From assembly GCF_049554935.1 (NCBI RefSeq), contig NZ_CP186926.1, positions 608,001 to 672,000 of the forward strand: a stretch of 64,000 nt of DNA, read 5' to 3'. Made by a program: the position numbers and the translations under genes. The stretch is from Methanocaldococcus indicus. Its GTDB lineage: Archaea > AGJL01 > Methanococci > Methanococcales > Methanocaldococcaceae. Under the pieces are notes generated by a model. It was not told where the DNA came from, made no database searches, and saw only the letters and a list, made by a program, of their open reading frames with translations. Below are positions 13,046 to 21,955 of this stretch, in pieces (position 1 is the first letter of the stretch; every line of letters starts with the position of its first letter).

Positions 13046-13059
13046 GTATATAAACTTTT
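13046..13059 (-). promoter_or_regulatory. BRE/TATA promoter of the DUF1931 gene
   Basis: Minus strand reads AAAAG-TTTATATA about 55-65 nt upstream of the start codon, just outside the IS target duplication. Confidence 0.55.
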
Positions 13060-13073
13060 GTTAGTTGAAGATA

Positions 13074-13775
13074 GAGAGTGTCAAGTTAAGCTTTTATTAA
13101 TAATTGATAAAAAATAATAAAATATGAAGCTCACGATAGAAGTCTTAAAGGAGAGAATCGAAGAGGAGAAGATTTTTAAAAGGAATAAGAAGTCGATAGA
13201 AGTTAAAATCTTAGCTGGGATTTTGTATTATCTTGGACTATCGTTGAGGAAGGTAAGTTTGTTTCTTTCCCAATTCGAAAGTATAAGCCATGAGTCGGTT
13301 AGGACTTATTATCACAAGATTAAAGATGTTTTAAACGAACCTGAAAGAAAGGAAAGATACGCAATTGCAATCGATGAGACCAAACTAAAGATTGGAAATG
13401 AAAATATTTACGTATGGTCTGCTATTGATGTTGAATCGAAAGAGTGCTTGGGAGTTTATGTTTCTGAAACAAGAAACTGCCTCGATACTATATTATTCGT
13501 TAAGAGTATATTAAAATTTTGCTCTAATAAGCCGAAGATTTTGGTCGATGGTGGAAGATGGTATCCGTGGGCATGGCAAAGATTGGGTTTAGAATTTGAA
13601 AGAGTCAGATTCGGACTGAGAAATTGTGTAGAAAGCTTTTTCTCACTACTCAAACGAAGAACTAAAGCATTTTATAATAGGTTTCCTAATAACAGCAAAT
13701 TCGATACAGTTGTTAGCTGGATTAAAAGTTTCATGATGTTCTACAATTAGTTGAAGTCGTTAACTTGACAGTGTC
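13074..13775 (+). mobile_element. IS6-family insertion sequence (ISMja1/ISAMJ1-like), 702 bp
   Basis: Terminal inverted repeats GAGAGTGTCAAGTTAAG (13074-13090) and GTTAACTTGACAGTGTC (13759-13775), 14/17 match; 9-bp direct repeats TTGAAGATA at 13065-13073 and 13776-13784; CG dinucleotides far more frequent than in the flanks. Confidence 0.93.
13124..13750 (+). CDS. IS6-family DDE transposase
   Basis: [11 protein letters not shown], then AIDETK / LVDGG / NCVESFF DDE triad. Confidence 0.92.
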   Translation: MKLTIEVLKERIEEEKIFKRNKKSIEVKILAGILYYLGLSLRKVSLFLSQFESISHESVRTYYHKIKDVLNEPERKERYAIAIDETKLKIGNENIYVWSAIDVESKECLGVYVSETRNCLDTILFVKSILKFCSNKPKILVDGGRWYPWAWQRLGLEFERVRFGLRNCVESFFSLLKRRTKAFYNRFPNNSKFDTVVSWIKSFMMFYN

Positions 13776-13842
13776 TTGAAGATATTATAAAGGATTAATC
13801 TATAAAAAATAAATATCTTTAATTTCTAACAACTTATTAAAA

Positions 13843-14688
13843 TTATTGAGGTTTCTCCATTAATTTTCTTTTTGATAATATTTTACCTTCTTTATTGTGT
13901 GGCTTTCTCAATACTGAATCTGTTGCTTTTTCTAATTCTCTAATCTCATCAGCTAATAAAGCTGCTTGTCTTAACAATTCATGAGCTGATGCTACAATAG
14001 GAATATATTTCTCAGCATCTTTAACCATAAAACATCCTTTAACATCAACATCTCCAACTTTCTCAGCTATATAATATGCTGCCATAGCTTTTGCTTTTGC
14101 ATAAGGATTGCTGAACTCCATTTTTTCTACTACATTCTCATCAATTACTATTTTTGGGAGCTCTATATTATTTTTACCTTCTTTTATACTTTCAATTACC
14201 TTATCTAATGCTTCTTGGACAGTTCTAACTACACCTATAACTGATAATACTTTTATTATATCTGAGTTGAATAATCCTACTTCAACAGGGTCTAAAAATT
14301 CTCTTCTTGCTCCAATCATTGGGTCACATTTTATAATTATATATCCAAATCCATTCTCTTCTAATTCATCCTTAGCTCTTAATCCTGGCTTATCTCCAAC
14401 AATTATTGAAGGAATTCCAGACTCTTTTAAAATTTCTCTGGCTTTTTTAGGTCCGGGAGCTGCTGGATTTGGGCTTATAAACACAATAAAGTCAGGTTTT
14501 ATTTGCTCAACCATAAATTTTGTTACTTCTTCAACTGACTTAGGGTCCATTTTAGCTCCACTACCTATAACTCTTACATCTATATCCTCTCTTTCTGCTC
14601 TTTCATCTAAGGCTAAATCAATAATTGGAGACATTCCAATATTTCCACATTTTATAAATCCAATTTTTACTTTTTTCATACTTATCAC
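13843..14688 (-). CDS. mtd: F420-dependent methylene-H4MPT dehydrogenase
   Basis: KCGNIG, LDERAEREDI, SPNPAAPGP, MIGARREFLDPVE. Confidence 0.96.
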   Translation of the reverse strand: MISMKKVKIGFIKCGNIGMSPIIDLALDERAEREDIDVRVIGSGAKMDPKSVEEVTKFMVEQIKPDFIVFISPNPAAPGPKKAREILKESGIPSIIVGDKPGLRAKDELEENGFGYIIIKCDPMIGARREFLDPVEVGLFNSDIIKVLSVIGVVRTVQEALDKVIESIKEGKNNIELPKIVIDENVVEKMEFSNPYAKAKAMAAYYIAEKVGDVDVKGCFMVKDAEKYIPIVASAHELLRQAALLADEIRELEKATDSVLRKPHNKEGKILSKRKLMEKPQ

Positions 14689-14867
14689 AAATATATTATT
14701 ATTTTTTATTAATTTTAGTATTATGTTATAATATTTTGTTAAGTTTTTATATAAAGGTTACCATTAGATTTATTTAGTGATATAATTATAAATTATATTA
14801 TAGTTTAGATTTTCTAATACTATTTATAGACATATATGCATATTATAACATTTTACATGGTGAGATT

Positions 14868-15419
14868 ATGGAGTTTGATGTTCCAGTTTATGAAGTTATG
14901 AGCTTTCCAGTTATAACTGTAAGTAAAGATATGAGTGTATATGATGTTGCAAATATTTTAAAAGAGAAAAATATAGGGGCTGTTGTTGTAGTTGAAGATA
15001 ACAAACCAATTGGAATAATAACTGAGAGAGATATTGTTAGAGAAGTTGTAGCAAATAACCTAAAACCTAAGGACGTTTTAGTTGAGGATGTTATGAGAAA
15101 AAAGGTTATTACAATAGAGCATAACAAGTCAATAAATGATGCTGCCAAGATAATGGCTAAATATAATGTAAAAAGATTACCAGTAGTTAAAGATGGTGAA
15201 TTAGTAGGGATTATAACTCAGAGTGATATTGTTAAAATATCCCCTAAATTGTTAGAGATTGTTATAGAGTATGCAAATATTATGGAGCCTCCAAAAGTTG
15301 AGGAAAAAGATGAATGGATAGAGGGTATATGTGAATGCTGTGGATATCAAGGGTTAGTTAAATACTATCAAGGTAGATATTTGTGTGAGGAATGCTTAGA
15401 AGATTTAAAAAAGGAATAG
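14868..15419 (+). CDS. CBS-pair protein with C-terminal zinc ribbon
   Basis: Two CBS repeats (GIITERDI, GIITQSDI) and CECCG...LCEEC. Confidence 0.9.
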   Translation: MEFDVPVYEVMSFPVITVSKDMSVYDVANILKEKNIGAVVVVEDNKPIGIITERDIVREVVANNLKPKDVLVEDVMRKKVITIEHNKSINDAAKIMAKYNVKRLPVVKDGELVGIITQSDIVKISPKLLEIVIEYANIMEPPKVEEKDEWIEGICECCGYQGLVKYYQGRYLCEECLEDLKKE

Positions 15420-15422
15420 GTT

Positions 15423-16106
15423 ATGATATCCATAATTTTAGTTAATCCAAAGTATCCTGGAAATGTTGGAAGTATAGCAAGAGTTATGAAAAATTTTGAT
15501 TTTTATGATTTGAGAATTGTAGGAAATAAAGAGATAATAGAAAGTGATGAAGCTAAAATGATGTCAATGCATGCAAAAGATATTTTAGAGAATGCTAAAT
15601 TTTATAACTCTTTTGATGATGCTATTAAAGATTTGGATTTTGTCATTGCTACTTCTGGTGCAAGAGGTGGAGATAGAAATTTAAAAAGAGTGCCTATAAC
15701 ACCCAAAGAATTAGCTAAAAAAATATATTCTACTAAAGGGAATATTGGAATTGTTTTTGGAAGAGAAGATGATGGATTAAGAAATGAAGAAATAGATAAG
15801 TGTGATTTATTAGTTTCTATCCCTACATCCCCAAAATATCCAATAATGAATCTATCCCATGCTGTTGCTGTTATCTTATATGAGCTCTATTCCTATAAAG
15901 TTGAAAATAAATTTGTTGATATAAATATAAGAGAAGCAAGTAAGGAAGATAAAGAACTTCTAATTAGAAAGTTTAATGAGTTTATAGATAAATCTAAACT
16001 TCCAGAACATAAAAAGGAACTTTGCAAGATAATATTTAAAAGATTAGTTAATAGGGCTTTTATAACTGGAAAAGAAGCATGGACATTAATGAGTGCATTT
16101 AAGTGA
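15423..16106 (+). CDS. trmJ: TrmJ/LasT family SPOUT tRNA methyltransferase
   Basis: GNVGSIARVMKNF, VFGREDDGL, MNLSHAV. Confidence 0.88.
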   Translation: MISIILVNPKYPGNVGSIARVMKNFDFYDLRIVGNKEIIESDEAKMMSMHAKDILENAKFYNSFDDAIKDLDFVIATSGARGGDRNLKRVPITPKELAKKIYSTKGNIGIVFGREDDGLRNEEIDKCDLLVSIPTSPKYPIMNLSHAVAVILYELYSYKVENKFVDINIREASKEDKELLIRKFNEFIDKSKLPEHKKELCKIIFKRLVNRAFITGKEAWTLMSAFK

Positions 16107-16112
16107 TAAGTT

Positions 16113-16820
16113 ATGGTTTATGTAACAAGTATAATAGACAGTTCAACAATTGACTACTATAAAAAATTTTCAGCTGTTATTTTTTTATCTGGATGCAATA
16201 TGAGATGTAAGTATTGTCATAACCTAAAAGATGTTTTGAATAGAAAGTATAAGATGAGTGTTGAAGAACTTTTTAAAAAAATTGATTTTTTCCTTGCTGA
16301 TGCATTAGTTATTTCTGGAGGAGAGCCAACTTTACAAAAAGAGGATGTAGTAGAGATAGCTAAGAAAGCAAAAGAACTGAATTTAAGTGTTAAGATAGAT
16401 ACAAATGGGACACATCCAGAAGTTATAGAGGAGTTAATAAAACTTAACTTAATTGATTATGTAGCTTTGGATATAAAATGTAGGTTTGATAAATATAAAG
16501 AGCTAACTGGATATGATAAAAATATCAAAGATAATATTTTAAAAATTATTAAAATGTGTAAAGATAATAATATATTTATTGAGTGTAGAACAACATATGT
16601 TCCAAAAGTTTTAGATAAAAAAGATATTGAGGAAATTGCAAAAATTGCAAAAGATGCTGATTTATATACAATCCAACAATTCAATCCTGAAAATGCTTAT
16701 GATGAAAAATTTAGGAATCTACCAATACCAAAAACTTCTGAATTGGTTGAGTTGGGAAAAATTGCAAAAAAATATGTAAATAGAGTTTTAATTAAGGGAG
16801 ATGAGATAATAGAACTATAA
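16113..16820 (+). CDS. Radical SAM glycyl-radical activating enzyme (anaerobic RNR activase-like)
   Basis: GCNMRCKYCHN, SGGEPTLQ, DTNG. Confidence 0.85.
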   Translation: MVYVTSIIDSSTIDYYKKFSAVIFLSGCNMRCKYCHNLKDVLNRKYKMSVEELFKKIDFFLADALVISGGEPTLQKEDVVEIAKKAKELNLSVKIDTNGTHPEVIEELIKLNLIDYVALDIKCRFDKYKELTGYDKNIKDNILKIIKMCKDNNIFIECRTTYVPKVLDKKDIEEIAKIAKDADLYTIQQFNPENAYDEKFRNLPIPKTSELVELGKIAKKYVNRVLIKGDEIIEL

Positions 16821-16835
16821 AATATTTTTTAATAA

Positions 16836-16852
16836 ATTGAGTAATGCTCAAT
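16836..16852. promoter_or_regulatory. Palindromic operator 1 upstream of the fwd operon
   Basis: ATTGAGTAATGCTCAAT, 7 of 8 arm pairs complementary. Confidence 0.65.
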
Positions 16853-16899
16853 GTTATATTTATATTTTTAATCAAGCATATAATGAAATAATGTATAAA

Positions 16900-16916
16900 T
16901 ATGAGTAATACTCATA
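16900..16916. promoter_or_regulatory. Palindromic operator 2 upstream of the fwd operon
   Basis: TATGAGTAATACTCATA, perfect 8-bp arms, same core TGAGTAATRCTCA as operator 1. Confidence 0.7.
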
Positions 16917-16934
16917 ATCATTTAATTGGTTAGC

Positions 16935-17381
16935 ATGCCTAAACATATTTTATCAGGAATAAAAGCATTGGTAACTTTTAAGCTAAAAAAGAAAGGTTTA
17001 AAAAATAAGGATATTGCTAAGTATCTAAAAATTGATAATACTGTTGTATCTCATTATTTGTCTGGAACATTTCCAAAAAATGATATTTTGGAAGTTGCAG
17101 AAGTTATAAAATCTCTACCACCAAGTTGTGGAGCAAAATTTATCCATACAATAACAAAAGATAAAGATTTATCTAAGATTTTGGTTAAAGAACTTTATGA
17201 TGTAGATATAATCTGGGATGAAGAAAAATGTATTTTTTGTTATCAATGTGCTGAATGTGATGCTATAAAAATAGAAAATGGAAAGATTAGTATTGATAAA
17301 GATAAATGCTGTCTTTGTGCAAACTGCACTTTTTTGTGTCCTACAAAAGCATTAAGATTTAGGAGGGATATAAATGAATAA
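16935..17381 (+). CDS. fwdH: Formylmethanofuran dehydrogenase operon protein H (HTH plus ferredoxin domain)
   Basis: MPKHILSGIK N-terminus, HTH (NKDIAKYL...VSHYLSG), CIFCYQCAEC and CCLCANCTFLCP; ATG 16935 preferred to TTG 16926. Confidence 0.85.
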   Translation: MPKHILSGIKALVTFKLKKKGLKNKDIAKYLKIDNTVVSHYLSGTFPKNDILEVAEVIKSLPPSCGAKFIHTITKDKDLSKILVKELYDVDIIWDEEKCIFCYQCAECDAIKIENGKISIDKDKCCLCANCTFLCPTKALRFRRDINE

Positions 17382-18438
17382 AATTAAAGAAGTATTTGAT
17401 AATGGTTTTATAATTTATAGAGAAACAAAAGTAGATAAAAGAGAACTTAGCTGGCAAAAATCTTATTGTGTTGGTTGTGGGATATGTTCTGATGTCTGTC
17501 CAGTTGGAGCTATAAAGCTTGGACCTCTTGGAGCTATTGCAAAAGGTTTAATTGATGATAACTATATTGATATTGACAAAGAAAAATGTGTTTTATGTGG
17601 AATTTGTTCAGCAGCTTGTTTCTTTAATGCATTAGATTTAAAAATTAATGGAAAATCAATAAAAGAAGATGAAAGATATCCAAAAATTACTGGAAAATCT
17701 ATTAAAGTTGAACAAGAAAAATGTGTTTTATGTGAGCAATGTGAAATTGTTTGTCCAAGAGATGCAATAGTTGTTGAGAGAGAATTAACAGAAAGAAAAA
17801 AGTTTGTTGTAGGGGAAATTGTAATTAACAAAGAAAAATGTGTTTTATGTGGAATTTGTGCAGAATATTGTCCAGCTGATGCTATTGAGTTGAATTACAG
17901 AATTCCAACACCATCAAATCCTAAACCAGTTGATGACATAAAAGTAAATCATGACTTATGTGTCTATTGTAGAGTTTGTGAGTATGTATGTCCTCATGAT
18001 GCTATTGAAGCTATTTGTTATAAATGTCCTCTACACAAGAGAATACCAAAAGCTAAACTTTATGAGGATATAAATGGAAAAACAACAGTATATGAAGATA
18101 TTTGTGTTTCATGTGGTTGGTGTGCTTATGTATGTCCTACAAATGCTATAAAAGTAGAGAAACCATTTGAGGGAGAGGTAATAATAAATCATGAAAAATG
18201 TTCAGGCTGTGCTGCTTGTGTAAATATTTGTCCATGTTCAGCATTAGAGTTCCCAAAATCTGAGAAAAAAGCTCAAAAAGTCCAAAAATTAATAGTAAAT
18301 CAAAATCTTTGTGTTTTATGTGGTGCTTGTGCAAAAGCTTGTCCAGTTGAAGCAATTAAAGTTGTTAGAAAATCTGTCAAATTAACTAAGAACTATCCAA
18401 AAGCTTGGGAAAAACAATTAAAAAAGGTATTAAATTGA
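17374..18438 (+). CDS. fwdF: Formylmethanofuran dehydrogenase subunit F (polyferredoxin)
   Basis: Eight CxxCxxCxxxC motifs; position in operon. Confidence 0.93.
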   Translation: MNKIKEVFDNGFIIYRETKVDKRELSWQKSYCVGCGICSDVCPVGAIKLGPLGAIAKGLIDDNYIDIDKEKCVLCGICSAACFFNALDLKINGKSIKEDERYPKITGKSIKVEQEKCVLCEQCEIVCPRDAIVVERELTERKKFVVGEIVINKEKCVLCGICAEYCPADAIELNYRIPTPSNPKPVDDIKVNHDLCVYCRVCEYVCPHDAIEAICYKCPLHKRIPKAKLYEDINGKTTVYEDICVSCGWCAYVCPTNAIKVEKPFEGEVIINHEKCSGCAACVNICPCSALEFPKSEKKAQKVQKLIVNQNLCVLCGACAKACPVEAIKVVRKSVKLTKNYPKAWEKQLKKVLN

Positions 18439-18447
18439 GGTGATTAA

Positions 18448-18708
18448 ATGATAAATAATAAAGGATATTCATTAGTAGTCTTTCCTGAAAAGTGTCATGG
18501 TTGTGGAATTTGTGTAGTTGCATGTCCTGTTAATGCTGCTAACGACCCAAATGTTGCTGGTGGAGCTGGTCCAGAAAGTGAGGAGAATATTGTTATTAGA
18601 GTAGAGAACGGAGTTATTAAGATAGTAAATCCTGAATTATGTGGTGGATGTGGGACTTGTGTAGAGTTTTGTCCAGTAGATGCTATAAAATTAGTTAGGG
18701 TGAAATAA
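18448..18708 (+). CDS. fwdG: Formylmethanofuran dehydrogenase subunit G
   Basis: CHGCGICVVACPVN and CGGCGTCVEFCP. Confidence 0.9.
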   Translation: MINNKGYSLVVFPEKCHGCGICVVACPVNAANDPNVAGGAGPESEENIVIRVENGVIKIVNPELCGGCGTCVEFCPVDAIKLVRVK

Positions 18709-19148
18709 TGAAATTTAGATTAAATACAGGTAGAACTATATGGCAAGGGGAAGGTATTGAAGCTGGGAAAAATTTAAAATTATATAAAAAAGCTGCTGCA
18801 GTAGTATATATAAATAAAGAAGATATGGAAAAACTTGGAGTTAAAGAAGGAGATAAAGTAAAAGTAAAAAGTTCTTTTGGTAGTGTTGTCCTTTATGTTA
18901 AAGAAGCTGATGAAAGAAATCCAGAGGGGCATATATTTATACCTATGGGACCTTGGGCTAATGTTGTTGTAGATCCAGATACCACAAGTACAGGAATGCC
19001 ATATTTAAAAGGTTCTCCTGACCAATTTGTAAAGATAGAGAAAACTGATGAAGAAGTTTTAGATATGGAAGATTTAATGAAAACAGTATATTTGAATGTT
19101 AAAAATATTAAAAATAAAAATGCTAAAATTAAAAAAGTTAAAGCATAA
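18708..19148 (+). CDS. fwdD: Formylmethanofuran dehydrogenase subunit D
   Basis: LNTGRTIWQG, FIPMGPWAN, TGMP. Confidence 0.94.
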   Translation: MKFRLNTGRTIWQGEGIEAGKNLKLYKKAAAVVYINKEDMEKLGVKEGDKVKVKSSFGSVVLYVKEADERNPEGHIFIPMGPWANVVVDPDTTSTGMPYLKGSPDQFVKIEKTDEEVLDMEDLMKTVYLNVKNIKNKNAKIKKVKA

Positions 19149-19159
19149 TTGGTGAGATT

Positions 19160-20857
19160 ATGGAAATGATTATTAAAAATGGAATTGTCTATGACCCTGC
19201 TAATGGAATTAATGGAGAAAAAATGGATATATGCATTAAAGATGGAAAGATTGTTGAAAAAGTTTCAGAAGATGCTAAGGTTATAGATGCTTCTAACTGT
19301 GTAGTTATGCCTGGGGGGGTAGACCCTCATTCACACATAGCTGGACCTAAGGTAAATACAGGAAGAGTAATGAGACCAGAAGATAGTATAATGGAAATTT
19401 ACAAAAGAAAAGCACATTCTGGAACAGGATTTTCAGTCCCTTCAACATATAAAACAGGTTATCAATACTCAGAGTTGGGATATACTTTTGTTGTTGAAGC
19501 GGCTATGCCTCCTTTAAAAGCAAAACACGTCCATGAAGAGTTTAGAGACACTCCTCAAATAGAAAAAACAGCAATGCCTTTATTTGGAAATAACTGGTTT
19601 GTATTTGAATATATAAAAGAGGGAGATTTTAAAGCTTTGGCAGCTTATATAGCTTGGGTTTTAAAAGTATCAAGAGGTTATGCTATAAAAATAGTTAATC
19701 CTGGAGGAACAGAAGCATGGGGATGGGGAACAAATGTACATTCAGTAGATGACCCTGTTCCTGGCTTTGATATAACTCCAAGAGAAATTATAAGTGGATT
19801 GGCAAAAGCAAATGAAATGCTTGGATTACCTCACTCAATACATATACATCCTAACAACTTAGGACATCCTGGAAATTGGGAAACAACATTAGAAACTATG
19901 AAAATTGTTGAAGGTATGAAAGCAAAACCAAGAGTTGGAAACAGATTCCAAGTTTATCATAATACACATGTACAGTTCCATTCTTATGGAGGAACATCTT
20001 GGAAAGATTTTGAAGCTAAGGGAGTAGAAATAGCTGAATATGTGAATAAAGCAGATAATATTACTATTGATGTTGGGCAAATAACATTAGATGAAACTAC
20101 TACAATGACAGCAGATGGACCAATGGAATTTGACTTATATATGACAACAAAAACAAAATGGGCAAACTGTGATGTTGAAGTTGAAACAGGTTCTGGAGTA
20201 GTTCCATTTATCTACTCTCCAAAAGGACCTGTATATTCATTACAATGGGCAATAGGTTTAGAGTTGTTCTTATATACAGATGTAGATAAATTAATGCTAA
20301 CAACAGACCATCCAAATGCTGGACCATTTACAAGATACCCAAGAGTTATAGCTTGGTTAATGAGCAAGAAGTATAGAGATGAGTGGTTATACAACAAAGT
20401 CCATAAATGGGCACAGCAAAGAAGTAGAATTGCAGATAGTGATAAAGAGTTTGACTTATATGAAATAACTAAAATTACAAGAACCAACTCAGCAAGAGCA
20501 TTTGGGTTAGTTAATAAAGGACATCTTGGAATAGGTGCTGATGCAGATATAGCAATATATGAAATTAATCCAGAAGAGAAAGATGGAAGAGTTATAGAAA
20601 GAGCATTTAGATATGCTAAATATACAATTAAAAAAGGAGAGATATTAGTTAAGGATGGGGAATTAGTAAAAGAGAAATTCTATGAAACATGGTATGTAGA
20701 TGTAAATGTTGGAGAACAACTATATGAAGAAGTTTTAAAAGACATAAAAGCTAAATGGCCAAAATTATACTCCATTGCATTTGAAAACTATCCAGTTAAA
20801 GATAGCTATGCTAATGGTTGGGAAGTTGTCAAAATTGATGCTTCTGACATAAACTAA
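19160..20857 (+). CDS. fwdA: Formylmethanofuran dehydrogenase subunit A
   Basis: Amidohydrolase DPHSH, KIVNPGG, HIHPNNLG, TTDHPNAGPF. Confidence 0.96.
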   Translation: MEMIIKNGIVYDPANGINGEKMDICIKDGKIVEKVSEDAKVIDASNCVVMPGGVDPHSHIAGPKVNTGRVMRPEDSIMEIYKRKAHSGTGFSVPSTYKTGYQYSELGYTFVVEAAMPPLKAKHVHEEFRDTPQIEKTAMPLFGNNWFVFEYIKEGDFKALAAYIAWVLKVSRGYAIKIVNPGGTEAWGWGTNVHSVDDPVPGFDITPREIISGLAKANEMLGLPHSIHIHPNNLGHPGNWETTLETMKIVEGMKAKPRVGNRFQVYHNTHVQFHSYGGTSWKDFEAKGVEIAEYVNKADNITIDVGQITLDETTTMTADGPMEFDLYMTTKTKWANCDVEVETGSGVVPFIYSPKGPVYSLQWAIGLELFLYTDVDKLMLTTDHPNAGPFTRYPRVIAWLMSKKYRDEWLYNKVHKWAQQRSRIADSDKEFDLYEITKITRTNSARAFGLVNKGHLGIGADADIAIYEINPEEKDGRVIERAFRYAKYTIKKGEILVKDGELVKEKFYETWYVDVNVGEQLYEEVLKDIKAKWPKLYSIAFENYPVKDSYANGWEVVKIDASDIN

Positions 20858-20879
20858 AAAAATTTTTTTGAGAAAAATT

Positions 20880-21131
20880 ATGTTATTAACAACTACTGAA
20901 AAACTTGAAGGATATAAGATATTAGAATATTTGGGGATTGTTGTTGGCTATGGAGATGACCCAGAAGAGGCTTTGGATGATTTGGAAGAGTTGGCATTAG
21001 AATTAGGAGCTAATGCAGTTATTGGAATTAGAATACATAATGAGCCAATAGTAGAAACAGGAGAAGATATTGTTAATAATAACTACTATGCTTATGGAAC
21101 TGCTGTAAAAGTTGAGAAGGTGAAAGAATGA
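20880..21131 (+). CDS. YbjQ/UPF0145 heavy-metal-binding domain protein
   Basis: MLLTTTEKLEGYKILEYLGIV, GANAVIGI, AYGTAV; ATG 20880 preferred. Confidence 0.85.
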   Translation: MLLTTTEKLEGYKILEYLGIVVGYGDDPEEALDDLEELALELGANAVIGIRIHNEPIVETGEDIVNNNYYAYGTAVKVEKVKE

Positions 21132-21955
21132 AAGAGATAATATTAACATTTAAAGATATTGCCCTAAAAACATCAGTAGATATGTCAGTAGTTTTACCAG
21201 AAAAATTGGCTGAGATGAAAGAAGATGAAATAAAAAATATAAATTTACAATATGGAAGAAAAAAGATAAAATTATGTGATATTTTTGATATATCAATTAA
21301 TGATATTGATGGAGAACCAAAAATAATTATTGAAAACTCAAATGACTATTTATATCATATAGGAGAAGAAATGACAAAAGGAGAGATTATAGTTAATGGA
21401 AATGCAGGAATGTATGTTGGAGCAAGAATGAAAGGAGGTAGAATAGTAGTTAATGGAAATGTTGATAATTGGGTAGGACAAGATATGTTTGGAGGAGAGA
21501 TAGTTGTTAAAGGTGATGCCAGAGATTATGTTGGTTCATCTTATAGAGGAGATTGGAGAGGAATGGAAGGAGGAACAATAATTATTGAAGGAAATGCAAG
21601 ACATGAAGTAGGAGAATTTATGTTAAATGGACTTATTCATATAAAAGGAAACTCTGGAATATTTACTGGAATTCATTTGAATGGAGGAAAGATTATAGTT
21701 GATGGAGATGTTGATGTTAGAACAGGAGGAGAAATGAGAAAAGGAGCAATAGTTGTAAAAGGTAAAATAAGAGAAGTATTACCAAGCTTTAAATTTGTTG
21801 AGATAGTTGAGAATCCTATAATAAAAGTAGGTAAAAAAGACCCTGGACTAAAAGTAGAGGGGACATACTATAAGTTTATAGGAGATTATGCTGAAAGTGC
21901 TAAACCAAAAGGAGAATTATATATAAGTGTAGATAAAAATCCTGACTTAATCTAA
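21128..21955 (+). CDS. fwdC: Formylmethanofuran dehydrogenase subunit C
   Basis: GxxMxGGxIxVxG beta-helix repeats, YRGDWRGM. Confidence 0.95.
   Translation: MKEIILTFKDIALKTSVDMSVVLPEKLAEMKEDEIKNINLQYGRKKIKLCDIFDISINDIDGEPKIIIENSNDYLYHIGEEMTKGEIIVNGNAGMYVGARMKGGRIVVNGNVDNWVGQDMFGGEIVVKGDARDYVGSSYRGDWRGMEGGTIIIEGNARHEVGEFMLNGLIHIKGNSGIFTGIHLNGGKIIVDGDVDVRTGGEMRKGAIVVKGKIREVLPSFKFVEIVENPIIKVGKKDPGLKVEGTYYKFIGDYAESAKPKGELYISVDKNPDLI

Noticed and set aside
14801-14822. Imperfect inverted repeat between mtd and the CBS gene
   Set aside because: Only 5-bp perfect arms in very AT-rich DNA, single copy.
16926-21955. Selenocysteine readthrough or SECIS in the fwd operon
   Set aside because: All subunits are full length without an internal TGA, and I saw no GC-rich SECIS hairpin.
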